This document shows positions 35,027 to 43,781 of a stretch of DNA of 64,000 nt, in pieces. Position 1 is the first letter of the stretch. The number at the start of each line of letters is the position of its first letter. The stretch lies in sequence record OQ790161.1. One strand, given 5' to 3'. A program made the position numbers and the translations under genes. The notes below the pieces were generated by a model that searched no databases, had not been told where the DNA came from, and saw only the letters and a list, made by a program, of their open reading frames with translations.

Positions 35027-37813
35027 TTACGCCAGACCCGATGCAACGCGAATCTTGCACAGGTTGCGAGACTTGACACGGTTGAAGCGCGGATACGGAT
35101 TCTGTTCCACGTAACCGAAGTTACCGTAGAGCAGGTAGTCCTCACCACTGAGCTTGCACAGCCGCAGACTCGCCGTCCCGCCGGAGTTGTCGTGGGGCTG
35201 GATATTGAACGGCTTGTCCGCCGGTTCAATCAACTCACCGTCACGAGTGAAGAACTCGATGAACGAAGGTTCGAACTGCTTGACAGCCCACGCCGTCAGA
35301 CCACGGTAGCTGGTGGCGTTGTAGATCTGGGTGCGACCATTGAAGGTCACCGTACCCAAAAGACCACCACCCATGCAGTTACCTTCGGTCAGCGACGTCA
35401 GGACTTGCTTGCTGGTCGGATCGAAACGAACGCCCCATGCACCATTGGGCAGGTTACGCTGCTTGGTGAAGATCCAGAACGTACCGGTGTCGGGATCAGT
35501 GAATGCATCAGCGATGATCGGGTACTCCCCGCTCTGGGGATCACGCAAGCCCGTCCCCAAGTCCAGCCCGTAGTTGGCAATCTCCGCACCCGTTGCCGGG
35601 TTGATGAAGTACCACGCCGTGCGCGAGGTGCGATCCGGATGGTGTCCTGCGGTGAGCAGGATGGTACCGTCCGGCAGTTCGGCCACCGAAGTCACACCCA
35701 TGTAGGTGTTGTAGGTGTCGAAGTTCACCGCAAAGGTGGGGTCACGGGTGAAGTCTTCGTTGAGCTTGACGATGAAGTCAACTTCTTCATCGTTCCAACG
35801 AATCAACGTACCCCATGCCAACCAGCCACCGTTGCGCAGCTTGGTCAGAGACGGCTGGCCAGCGTAGGTGGACTGCGTGACGGGCTCCACGAACGTGGTA
35901 TCCACCGCACCAGCACTGGTGATGCGAGCGTAGCGAACGTAGCCGGTGTCTTGACCCTTCCACTTGGATGCATCGCCGGCGATGAAGTAACCGCCATCTG
36001 CCAACGCCCACACCGACGGTGCCGATCCAATGTAGTCACTGGACCAACTCTCATCGACAGTACCGTCCGATTCCACATAGAGCAGCTTGTTACCAGCGCT
36101 GATCAGATAATCCCCGCCGATGTCCACTGCACGACTGAAGCCGTAGTAGGGCATCGAATCGGGCCACGTCTGCTCGACGTTGATGGTGGGCGGATTCAGA
36201 TACGTCGGCTCAGGTCCGTTCCACGCATCCAGGTTCACAGCCGTGATCGAGGAGGGCTTGGTGGGGTCGAGCTTGAACGGGGAGTTCGGGTTGGACGGAT
36301 CGGCCGCCCAGGTCTCACCATCGTCGTAGGACACGACGAGGTTCTCCATGCCACCGAGGTTGTCGCGGTTGCCGCCGGCCCAGATGAGCGAGGCACCCAG
36401 CTTGATGAACAAGCCGTTGATGATGCCGGTGTTGTGGATGACCTTGACCCACTTCTGCTGGCTCTCGTTGTACTTCCAGATCTGGCCGATGTCCATTTCC
36501 GACTCCACCGAGCCGTTCTCATCACGCACATCCACCGAGCCCATGCCCATGAACATGCCTTCCGAGCCGTAATAGAACGACACCTTGTCACCGTATTCGA
36601 TCTGCTGGTACTGACCATGCGGACCAAAGGTCCAGTCATGGATTTGGTAGCCGGTCTGGTCCAGGAAGTTCACCGGGCCGGACAGATACTCCAGCTTGTC
36701 ACCGGTCCAACCACTGCCGCCGGAGATCGTGCCGGACAGCACGCGCAGCTCGTTGTCGTACAGACCCAAACCGACAATGCGGGGCATCTCGGAGCGATCG
36801 TTACCGCTGTACAAACGCGGCAGTTCGTAACGCGTCCAGTCCACGCCATTGCTGGTGTAGTGGAGCAGCCCACTGGCCACGACAAACAGATTGGTCACCG
36901 GATCAACTGCCATCTGGATGTCCATGCCCGTACCGTTCACCCACAGGTCCAGCACGCGTTCGTATGCGGGAGTGTAGCCACCATCTTCATTGACGTTGAA
37001 GATGATGCGATACAGGCCGCAGGTGTTGCCCCACGGATCGATCTCCGGTTCGGACATTGCGAAGTACGCTTCGTTGTTGAACACCGTCATGTAGGTGCTC
37101 CACAAACGACCCGGCCAGGTAGCCACCGCCCACGGGGCGTCTTCGCCCGGACGATAGTTCATGGTGACGTTCTCGTTGAAGTAGTCACCTTGCAGGGCCA
37201 TCAGGAAGCCATCGGCCAGACCTGCCATCAAGGCGGTCTTGTCGCCCGTCACCACCGGCGCGAAGCTGCCCGTGATGTCCTCATAGGTCACCAGATCATT
37301 GGTCAGCTTGGCCACGGTGCTGTTGGCAAACAGCATGCGGTTGGCACGCACCGGTTCGGGCGGAGTGTCACCGGCCTTCAGGGTCAGGTTGATCTGACCG
37401 ATCAGCTTGAGCGAATTGGTCTTGGCCTGCACCGTCACCGTCGGGGTCGAGCCACTGCGGTTGATCGCCGTGTCTTCGATGTCGTTGGCCGTGATGGTGG
37501 TGCGCAGGCGCTCGGACAAAGCGGCCAGCAAACCGTGCGCGGAGGTCTGCTCGGTATCGGCAAACTCGGTACTGCGCAGGTTGAAGATCTTGGTCAGGTC
37601 CAAGCGGTTGTAGTTGACATCGACCTTGATCGTGTCACCGGCAGTCACTTCCACACGGCTGTTACGTGCGGTGGGATTGGTAAAGTCCAGGACCGTACCA
37701 TCCAGCAGCAGCGGGGCGCCGAAGACTGCTGTCTGCGGGGTGAGCGCCAGACCGTGCCTGCGGTTGACCTCCGCAAGCAAGGCAGTCTTGACGTCGTTGT
37801 TCGGATCGGACAT
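35027..37813 (-). CDS. Tail fibre / receptor-binding protein: shared N-terminal virion domain plus beta-propeller (Asp-box and delta-60-like repeats)
   Basis: N-terminal VNYNRLDLTKIF...SLKLIGQINL paralog domain; VVSYDDGETW Asp-box; repeats RITSAGAVDTTF, KLNEDFTRDPTF, VAELPDGTILL. Confidence 0.72.
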   Translation of the reverse strand: MSDPNNDVKTALLAEVNRRHGLALTPQTAVFGAPLLLDGTVLDFTNPTARNSRVEVTAGDTIKVDVNYNRLDLTKIFNLRSTEFADTEQTSAHGLLAALSERLRTTITANDIEDTAINRSGSTPTVTVQAKTNSLKLIGQINLTLKAGDTPPEPVRANRMLFANSTVAKLTNDLVTYEDITGSFAPVVTGDKTALMAGLADGFLMALQGDYFNENVTMNYRPGEDAPWAVATWPGRLWSTYMTVFNNEAYFAMSEPEIDPWGNTCGLYRIIFNVNEDGGYTPAYERVLDLWVNGTGMDIQMAVDPVTNLFVVASGLLHYTSNGVDWTRYELPRLYSGNDRSEMPRIVGLGLYDNELRVLSGTISGGSGWTGDKLEYLSGPVNFLDQTGYQIHDWTFGPHGQYQQIEYGDKVSFYYGSEGMFMGMGSVDVRDENGSVESEMDIGQIWKYNESQQKWVKVIHNTGIINGLFIKLGASLIWAGGNRDNLGGMENLVVSYDDGETWAADPSNPNSPFKLDPTKPSSITAVNLDAWNGPEPTYLNPPTINVEQTWPDSMPYYGFSRAVDIGGDYLISAGNKLLYVESDGTVDESWSSDYIGSAPSVWALADGGYFIAGDASKWKGQDTGYVRYARITSAGAVDTTFVEPVTQSTYAGQPSLTKLRNGGWLAWGTLIRWNDEEVDFIVKLNEDFTRDPTFAVNFDTYNTYMGVTSVAELPDGTILLTAGHHPDRTSRTAWYFINPATGAEIANYGLDLGTGLRDPQSGEYPIIADAFTDPDTGTFWIFTKQRNLPNGAWGVRFDPTSKQVLTSLTEGNCMGGGLLGTVTFNGRTQIYNATSYRGLTAWAVKQFEPSFIEFFTRDGELIEPADKPFNIQPHDNSGGTASLRLCKLSGEDYLLYGNFGYVEQNPYPRFNRVKSRNLCKIRVASGLA

Positions 37814-37831
37814 TGTAATTCCTCGTAACGG

Positions 37832-39304
37832 TTAAAGCGGGGTTTCGCCGTTGTTGACCGGCAAGTCTTCGTAGGGGTAGAACTCCACCTGCAACCCTTG
37901 GATGTCTTTGAAGGCGAAGGTGTGGCGGTAGTTGAGATCGGTGTTGCCGCCGGGGAAGGTCTGGCCTTCGATGAAGATGTTGCGACTTTGATAGATGTCC
38001 TGAGGTTGGAAGACCACAGTGCTCAGGTCCGGCACCTTATCCAACGTACAGGCATGGGTCAGGTAGTGGGTTTGATTGGACGTCTTGACAGGCAAGCCCA
38101 CCCACTCCGGAATATCCAAGCATTCGGTGACTTCACCGACCACGAGCATCTTGCAGTTCAAGCTGGACGTGGGGGTGTTGAAGTTCTTGCACCAATCCAC
38201 TGCGCGCAAGATACCGCCGCTGATCCCCGAGCCCGGCAGGACCACGGCATCAGATTGATAGAACAGGTTGGGATCGTCCCAGTCCTTATTGTAGTTGGGG
38301 AAGCTCAGGAAGACATCGCCGATGGGCGGATCACTGGCCGGAGCCAACTTCAACGCAGGCTGCGTCAACTGCGCAACAGAGAAGCGTGCCTTGAGTGCCG
38401 GGATGCGCCAGTTGAAACCAACCGGAGCAATGTCCGAACGACCCGGTACCGACACGGTCAACTGTGCGTTCGGAGAGATGTTCTCTGGCAAGACACAGGA
38501 GAGCAACCAGCAGCCGGGGGAGTACCACGACGGATACGGGATACCCGCATCATCGTAGGCCTTGATGGCTTCCACCAGCGTAGGACCATCCAGCACTTGG
38601 ATGTTACTGAAGGGCGTAGCATCGATGTCAAAGACCGGCTGATCAGCGAAGGGCAATGGTACGCCGTTGTCATCCACCAGCTTGATGATCATCTGGATGT
38701 TGGCGTTCTTACCCGTCAGCACGGTGGCCCCATTCAGTTCCGGTGTGGGGGCATCGGGGACCATGAACGAGGCCAGAACGCGATCGCCGTTGGGCTGGAG
38801 CACGTACATCTCATTGGTGCCTTGACCCATCTCCAGCTTGATGCGTCCAACCTTAGCACTGGCAGCGCCCACGGTAATCTCCACTTGTCCGAAGACATAC
38901 AGCGAATCGGGATGGGCTTGCAATACCACAGCTCCTTCCACCAGTTGGACCGGCAGAAAGTCATTGACCGTCAGGTCCGTCTTCAGGCGGGTATTGAAAG
39001 CGGCGATGTAATCACCCACCCCTGCACCCAACAGGGGATAGGTCATGTCGGTCAGTCCGAACAAAGTACTCAGGGACAGCCGGTTGTAGTTGGCGTTCAC
39101 ACGTACTTGGCCGTCGCCAGCGGTGCCTGCGCTCACGCGCACTTGGCTATTGCGGTGCTGAGGATGAGTCAGGTCGATCACACTGGCATCAATCAACTGC
39201 GGTGTGCCGAAGGTCACGTCCTGAAGTTGCAAGCTCAGGCCGGACAACTGATTCACTTCGTGCAGCAGCGTCTGCAGGACGCTGTTCGAACTGGGGTTAG
39301 ACAT
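37832..39304 (-). CDS. Virion structural / tail-fibre paralog
   Basis: Shared N-terminal domain (RNSQVRV...ANYNRLSLSTLF...PDSLYVFGQVEI) plus unique C-terminus. Confidence 0.72.
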   Translation of the reverse strand: MSNPSSNSVLQTLLHEVNQLSGLSLQLQDVTFGTPQLIDASVIDLTHPQHRNSQVRVSAGTAGDGQVRVNANYNRLSLSTLFGLTDMTYPLLGAGVGDYIAAFNTRLKTDLTVNDFLPVQLVEGAVVLQAHPDSLYVFGQVEITVGAASAKVGRIKLEMGQGTNEMYVLQPNGDRVLASFMVPDAPTPELNGATVLTGKNANIQMIIKLVDDNGVPLPFADQPVFDIDATPFSNIQVLDGPTLVEAIKAYDDAGIPYPSWYSPGCWLLSCVLPENISPNAQLTVSVPGRSDIAPVGFNWRIPALKARFSVAQLTQPALKLAPASDPPIGDVFLSFPNYNKDWDDPNLFYQSDAVVLPGSGISGGILRAVDWCKNFNTPTSSLNCKMLVVGEVTECLDIPEWVGLPVKTSNQTHYLTHACTLDKVPDLSTVVFQPQDIYQSRNIFIEGQTFPGGNTDLNYRHTFAFKDIQGLQVEFYPYEDLPVNNGETPL

Positions 39305-39305
39305 C

Positions 39306-40250
39306 TTAGCTTTCCTTGCGCAGAATGAAACTGATCGGTTGCGGGAAATCCGGATGACGGAAACGCAACCAGTACAAATAGGCGAGCGGTTCGAAGTTCA
39401 ACACATCCGGTGCACTGGGCAGGGAGACTGCATAGCGCTTGGAGGTGTCAGTGGCTTCGATCTCGTTCAGATCGCCGGCGTAGACCAGTCCGTTGGAGTT
39501 CGATCCGATGTACTGGAGAACCTTCGGGTAGTCTTCGTAGGAATCCACTTCACAGGTGTAGGTACGGCCATTGGGCGGCACGGCGTACACCAGACCACCA
39601 TCAAATTCCAGATCGCTCAGATTGGAGAACTCGTGGTAGATACTGCGCAGCTCACTGTCGTCGTAGGTGGCCACATACAGCGGATCGGTTTGCTCGCCTT
39701 GTTCGAGCACCACTTGAGCGCCGTCCGCATCTTCGACGATGGAAGCTTCACGAACGGTCAGGTAGTGACGCTGACGCTCACTGAACCACGGCGGTGCAGG
39801 GTCGTTACCCATCGACAGTGCTACGCTGCCAAAGACGCCGTAGGAGCCAGGCTTGGCCCTGAGGATAAATGCACCGTTCTCACCGAACTCGCCATTGTCC
39901 ACGTCATCTTCGGTGAACTGGAACTTGCAGGCCGCGCTGAGCTTGGGCAGCAGTTCGTAAATGGTGGTCTCGCCATCGTCTTGGAAGTACGTGGAGGACA
40001 TGGCAAACAACCGACCCAATTGCAGACGGTTGTAATGGGCATTGAAGTCAAAGGCGGTCTGTTTCAGGTCGCCATCGAAATACACCTTGACCCGCGAGTT
40101 ACGACGGTTGGGAGTGATCAGCGTCAGGACCGTGGGATCAACCAACTCGGGTGCATCGAAGTGCAGCTCCGACTGCGACAACGACAGATTCTTCTGGGCG
40201 TTGACAAAGTCAACGATGTTCTGAAGAGCCGCTTGACTGGACTCACTCAT
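39306..40250 (-). CDS. Virion structural / tail-fibre paralog
   Basis: Shared N-terminal domain (RNSRVKV...AHYNRLQLGRLF...PGSYGVFGSVAL); C-terminal module resembles those of 40944..42551. Confidence 0.72.
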   Translation of the reverse strand: MSESSQAALQNIVDFVNAQKNLSLSQSELHFDAPELVDPTVLTLITPNRRNSRVKVYFDGDLKQTAFDFNAHYNRLQLGRLFAMSSTYFQDDGETTIYELLPKLSAACKFQFTEDDVDNGEFGENGAFILRAKPGSYGVFGSVALSMGNDPAPPWFSERQRHYLTVREASIVEDADGAQVVLEQGEQTDPLYVATYDDSELRSIYHEFSNLSDLEFDGGLVYAVPPNGRTYTCEVDSYEDYPKVLQYIGSNSNGLVYAGDLNEIEATDTSKRYAVSLPSAPDVLNFEPLAYLYWLRFRHPDFPQPISFILRKES

Positions 40251-40302
40251 GGAAAACCCTCCGGGCTTTAAGTTCATAAGATCGGCAACTCAACGGCATA
40301 AG

Positions 40303-40324
40303 GCCCCTGCCCGAAGGCAGGGGC
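40303..40324 (-). terminator. UUCG hairpin (- strand) after GT9 gene, followed by CTTATGC
   Basis: GCCCCTGCC-CGAA-GGCAGGGGC on +, preceded by GCATAAG. Confidence 0.72.
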
Positions 40325-40334
40325 TATTCATTGT

Positions 40335-40940
40335 TTATCGTGGTAACGAGGCCACTGCTTTGACAATGTCCGCCGTCTCAATGCGATGCACGCCGCGAGG
40401 ATCGTACAGTACTTGCGCACGTGTCCCCAACGGTCCATGGAAGGCCGGTTTGGTCAGACCATACAGACCGACCACAGGGATGCCCATGTAATCGGCCAGA
40501 TGCAACGGACCGGTATCCACACCTACGACCACACTGGCACGGCGCAGTTGTACTTCCAGTTCATCCAACGAACTGGACTGCGACTGCCACTCCACGTCCC
40601 GACCCAGTGCATCCCAATACACCGCCAGCTCATGCCAGAGGGGAATGGGGTAGTCCTTTGCCGCCAACCGTGATTGGGAAACAATCACGATCGGTCCGGT
40701 GGGGTCATACGTGCCTTGGAAGCGCTCCCACGGCTCACTACGGGGCGTGAGTCCTGCATTGAGTATGGCCTTGCGCATTCCATCGGTGTGGTGTACACCG
40801 TCCGCATGGGGCCGATCGAAGATGATCTCCGATTGACCGTATCCGAGAAACGCATGGACATCAGAACGACAGGGAGGACAGTAACCCGCTGGGAGCAAAG
40901 ACGCCCAGCGGATTGCCGTACCTAAGGCGTAGGTCGTCAC
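40335..40940 (-). CDS. Glycosyltransferase family 9 (ADP-heptose:LPS heptosyltransferase-like), compact
   Basis: AKDYP..LWHELA and VVGVDTGPLHLADYMGIPVVGLYGLT match the GT9 signature (K.WP...W..LA; G.D(S/T)GP.HLA.A.G.P.V.L(F/Y)G.T). Confidence 0.82.
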   Translation of the reverse strand: MTTYALGTAIRWASLLPAGYCPPCRSDVHAFLGYGQSEIIFDRPHADGVHHTDGMRKAILNAGLTPRSEPWERFQGTYDPTGPIVIVSQSRLAAKDYPIPLWHELAVYWDALGRDVEWQSQSSSLDELEVQLRRASVVVGVDTGPLHLADYMGIPVVGLYGLTKPAFHGPLGTRAQVLYDPRGVHRIETADIVKAVASLPR

Positions 40941-40943
40941 GGC

Positions 40944-42551
40944 TTAGACCTGAGGCGGCGTGGAGCTGACCAGTTCCAGCTTGATGTAGCCGTTGTACCA
41001 GATCTTCAGCGGCTGGCCCGACGGACTGTTGTAGTCCGGGTGGGTGAACTGCGCCTTGATCAGCAGCAGCTGGCCGCCTTCGTTGTCGTAGTTGTTCCAC
41101 CAGTCGGTGTTGTTGGTACGCAGGCGCAGGTTGAAGCGATCGCTACCCTGGAAGGCATCAACCAGCTCACCCACCCAACGCGGCTGTCCGGCTTCACCAC
41201 CGCTGCGCTGGAAGACTGCGCTGCTGGGCTGGACGTTCATGTCAGCGTACGTGCCCGAGGAGGTGAAGGTCTGCGTGACCACTTCCGGACTGCCTTCGTT
41301 GACGGCGTAGAGGTTGCCCTCGACGAACGCGAACTCGCCGAAGTCGCCCATGGCGTCCTTGACCGAGATGGCCGACATGTCCGTCTGGTCGGAGGAGACC
41401 AGGTAGCTTTCAGCGAAGTTGTTGTCGAGCTGGCCGAAGCGGAAATCGATCTGGCGGTTGGGTTCGTCCAGAGTGAAACTCATGTCCGACGCGATCAGGT
41501 TGTAGTACATTTCATCGTCCTCTTCACCCCCTGCGATGTCCAAGGGGATTACGGTGTTCCAGTAAATGAGTGCGGGCTTGCCGTTGGCATCCACCGCATC
41601 GGGATGACTCAGCACCGCACGCCACATCAACAGCTTGCCGCGGGCTTGCGCGTACGCCGCATTCCAGTCCGTGCCGATCGTGGCAAAGGTCAGCCGATCG
41701 TTGTAGGTGTTGAGCTGGTCGATGCCGAACGTGCCCACCTTGACCAGCGCATTGCTCGAATCGGGCATCGAGGAGATGCTCGAGTACGGCATGAAGTCGC
41801 CGGGGAAATAGGTGAAGGTGCCTTTCTCGCTGGAGAGCAGGTCCGGACTGATGGTGTTGGGCTGTGCGTACAGATCACCACTCACCAGCGTCAGTTCGCT
41901 CAGCTGTGCCACATCGCTCAGGTACTTCACGACCAGTTCGGTGGGCAGGCTGGATTTGAGGAACGAGGGGTAACCGCAACCACTGCCGATTTGCAGTGCA
42001 ATGCGGGTGTTGTCGCCGGGCATCGAGACGGTAGCCACTTCCGGCGGAATCAAGGTGTAATACATCTCGTCTTCCTCTTCGGGGACTTCTTCGTTGACCA
42101 ACCGGATCGTCACCGTGCCAAAGGCATACAGAGAGCTCGCCGGAGCGCTCAGGGAGAAGGTTTGCTCTGCACCTGTGAGCGTACCTGCGGTGATGTCCTC
42201 GGCGGTCAGGGCAGAACCCAGGCGCGCGTTGATGGCCGGCAGATAATCGTGGTAGTTGGTGAAACTGGGGTTGAGGGTAAAGTCTTTGCTGCGCAGATCG
42301 AACAGCTTACTCAGCGAGAGCCGGTAATACTGCAAAAGCAGGGAGACCTCCGGGTCATCCCCGGAGGCCCCCTGTACGATGCGTACTTGGGAATTGAATT
42401 TATCCGGATCGGTGTGATCCACCGCGGTAGGGTCAACCAAGGTCAGGTCCGAGAACACGGCCTTGGTTGGGTCCATCGCAACTCCTGTGCGCTCGCGCAC
42501 GATCTGCAACAGATAAGACCGGATGCCATCACGAATGATGATGTCGGACAT
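40944..42551 (-). CDS. Virion structural / tail-fibre paralog with tandem duplicated C-terminal module
   Basis: Shared N-terminal domain (FNSQVRI...LQYYRLSLSKLF...SSLYAFGTVTI); two modules starting EEEDEMYYTLI and EEDDEMYYNLI. Confidence 0.72.
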   Translation of the reverse strand: MSDIIIRDGIRSYLLQIVRERTGVAMDPTKAVFSDLTLVDPTAVDHTDPDKFNSQVRIVQGASGDDPEVSLLLQYYRLSLSKLFDLRSKDFTLNPSFTNYHDYLPAINARLGSALTAEDITAGTLTGAEQTFSLSAPASSLYAFGTVTIRLVNEEVPEEEDEMYYTLIPPEVATVSMPGDNTRIALQIGSGCGYPSFLKSSLPTELVVKYLSDVAQLSELTLVSGDLYAQPNTISPDLLSSEKGTFTYFPGDFMPYSSISSMPDSSNALVKVGTFGIDQLNTYNDRLTFATIGTDWNAAYAQARGKLLMWRAVLSHPDAVDANGKPALIYWNTVIPLDIAGGEEDDEMYYNLIASDMSFTLDEPNRQIDFRFGQLDNNFAESYLVSSDQTDMSAISVKDAMGDFGEFAFVEGNLYAVNEGSPEVVTQTFTSSGTYADMNVQPSSAVFQRSGGEAGQPRWVGELVDAFQGSDRFNLRLRTNNTDWWNNYDNEGGQLLLIKAQFTHPDYNSPSGQPLKIWYNGYIKLELVSSTPPQV

Positions 42552-42576
42552 CTGTTGTTACCTCGCGGTTGTGCGC

Positions 42577-43203
42577 TTAGGCCTGCGACTGCTCTTCGCC
42601 GTCGGCGTCGTCGGCGACTTCATCGCCCTGGCCTTCATCGGCAGTCGGCTCGGAAGCCGGCTCGGTGTTGGCGGTTTCATCAACCGGCGGGGTCGGTTCG
42701 CTGAAGCTGGCCACACGCGCCTGCGGGGCGCTGCCGCTTTCGACCACCAGGGTGCCCTGGCCGCTGACAGCCAGCGAAGCCGGATCGGCCTTGATCAGCA
42801 CGGTCACGATGCCGTTGGTATCGACCAGCAGTTCATCGGTGACGTCGTCGACGGTCAGCTCGTACTTGATCAGCTCGTTGATCGCATCCAGCAGGTCGTA
42901 GGTGCTGGACTCATCGCCCGTGCCTTCGATGGTGGAGGCGCGCGGAGCCAGCAGGCCGGCGATGGTCAGGCGGGTGTAATGCAGGTTGAAGCTGATCAGG
43001 TCATCACCGGTGCCGACGGTCACCGGCAGGCTGGTGTTGGGGGCTTCGGGATTGGTTTCGTCGTAGCTGCCCGGCTCATAGGCCACCGGCGCGCCGATGG
43101 TCAGGTCTTCCAGCGTGTACTCGGCGTTGACGCCTTGCTGGATGAGGGCTGCGTTGAACATGTCGACGATCTGCTCGCCAACGGACTTGATGGGTTCGGA
43201 CAT
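42577..43203 (-). CDS. Virion structural paralog (shared domain plus acidic tail)
   Basis: LHYTRLTIAGLL...DPASLAVSGQGTL; very acidic C-terminus. Confidence 0.7.
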   Translation of the reverse strand: MSEPIKSVGEQIVDMFNAALIQQGVNAEYTLEDLTIGAPVAYEPGSYDETNPEAPNTSLPVTVGTGDDLISFNLHYTRLTIAGLLAPRASTIEGTGDESSTYDLLDAINELIKYELTVDDVTDELLVDTNGIVTVLIKADPASLAVSGQGTLVVESGSAPQARVASFSEPTPPVDETANTEPASEPTADEGQGDEVADDADGEEQSQA

Positions 43204-43233
43204 TTTCAGTACTCGCTCTTCAGGAAAGAAAGC

Positions 43234-43710
43234 TTACGGGCCGGCCAGCGTGATTTCCACGCTGCCATTCAGAAGCAGGGAATTGGGTGCAGCGTTGAGC
43301 AGCACCGTTTTGGGATAGCCCACCGGCCCTTCGATCTCGTGGCCGGCGATGTCGGCCGTCGAAATCTGGAACCCCAGTCGCTGTCGCAACAGCGGCACCA
43401 ACTCGTGGGTATGGTCGATCTCACCTACGAACGTACGATCACGCTCGGAGAACAACACATTCAACGAAAGCCGGTTGTAGTGCAGCGACGTGGCGAACTC
43501 ATAAGGTTGGCCATCTGCCGATCGCAAATCCACCGCCGAGTTGAAGCCGGGCTCGATCTCGAAGGTGGGAGCGTCGGCCGGAACAATGTTGTTGAGATCC
43601 CACACACGTCCAAAGACGACTTGGTCTGCGCTCAGACGGGTGCGGTACTTCTTGTTGACCACATCGAGGATCTGGTCTTCGGGGGTCTTCTGCGGATCAG
43701 GTGTGGCCAC
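43234..43710 (-). CDS. Virion structural paralog (shared domain only)
   Basis: FNSAVDL...LHYNRLSLNVLF...PNSLLLNGSVEI; AGGAG RBS + GTG. Confidence 0.72.
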   Translation of the reverse strand: MATPDPQKTPEDQILDVVNKKYRTRLSADQVVFGRVWDLNNIVPADAPTFEIEPGFNSAVDLRSADGQPYEFATSLHYNRLSLNVLFSERDRTFVGEIDHTHELVPLLRQRLGFQISTADIAGHEIEGPVGYPKTVLLNAAPNSLLLNGSVEITLAGP

Positions 43711-43737
43711 CTAGGAACTCCTTTGACGGATAAAGAT

Positions 43738-43759
43738 CCCCTGCCCCGAAGGGCAGGGG
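43738..43759 (-). terminator. UUCG hairpin (- strand) within tail-fibre array
   Basis: CCCCTGCCC-CGAA-GGGCAGGGG on +. Confidence 0.65.
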
Positions 43760-43781
43760 CACGCTGCAACGCGTTGTTGGT

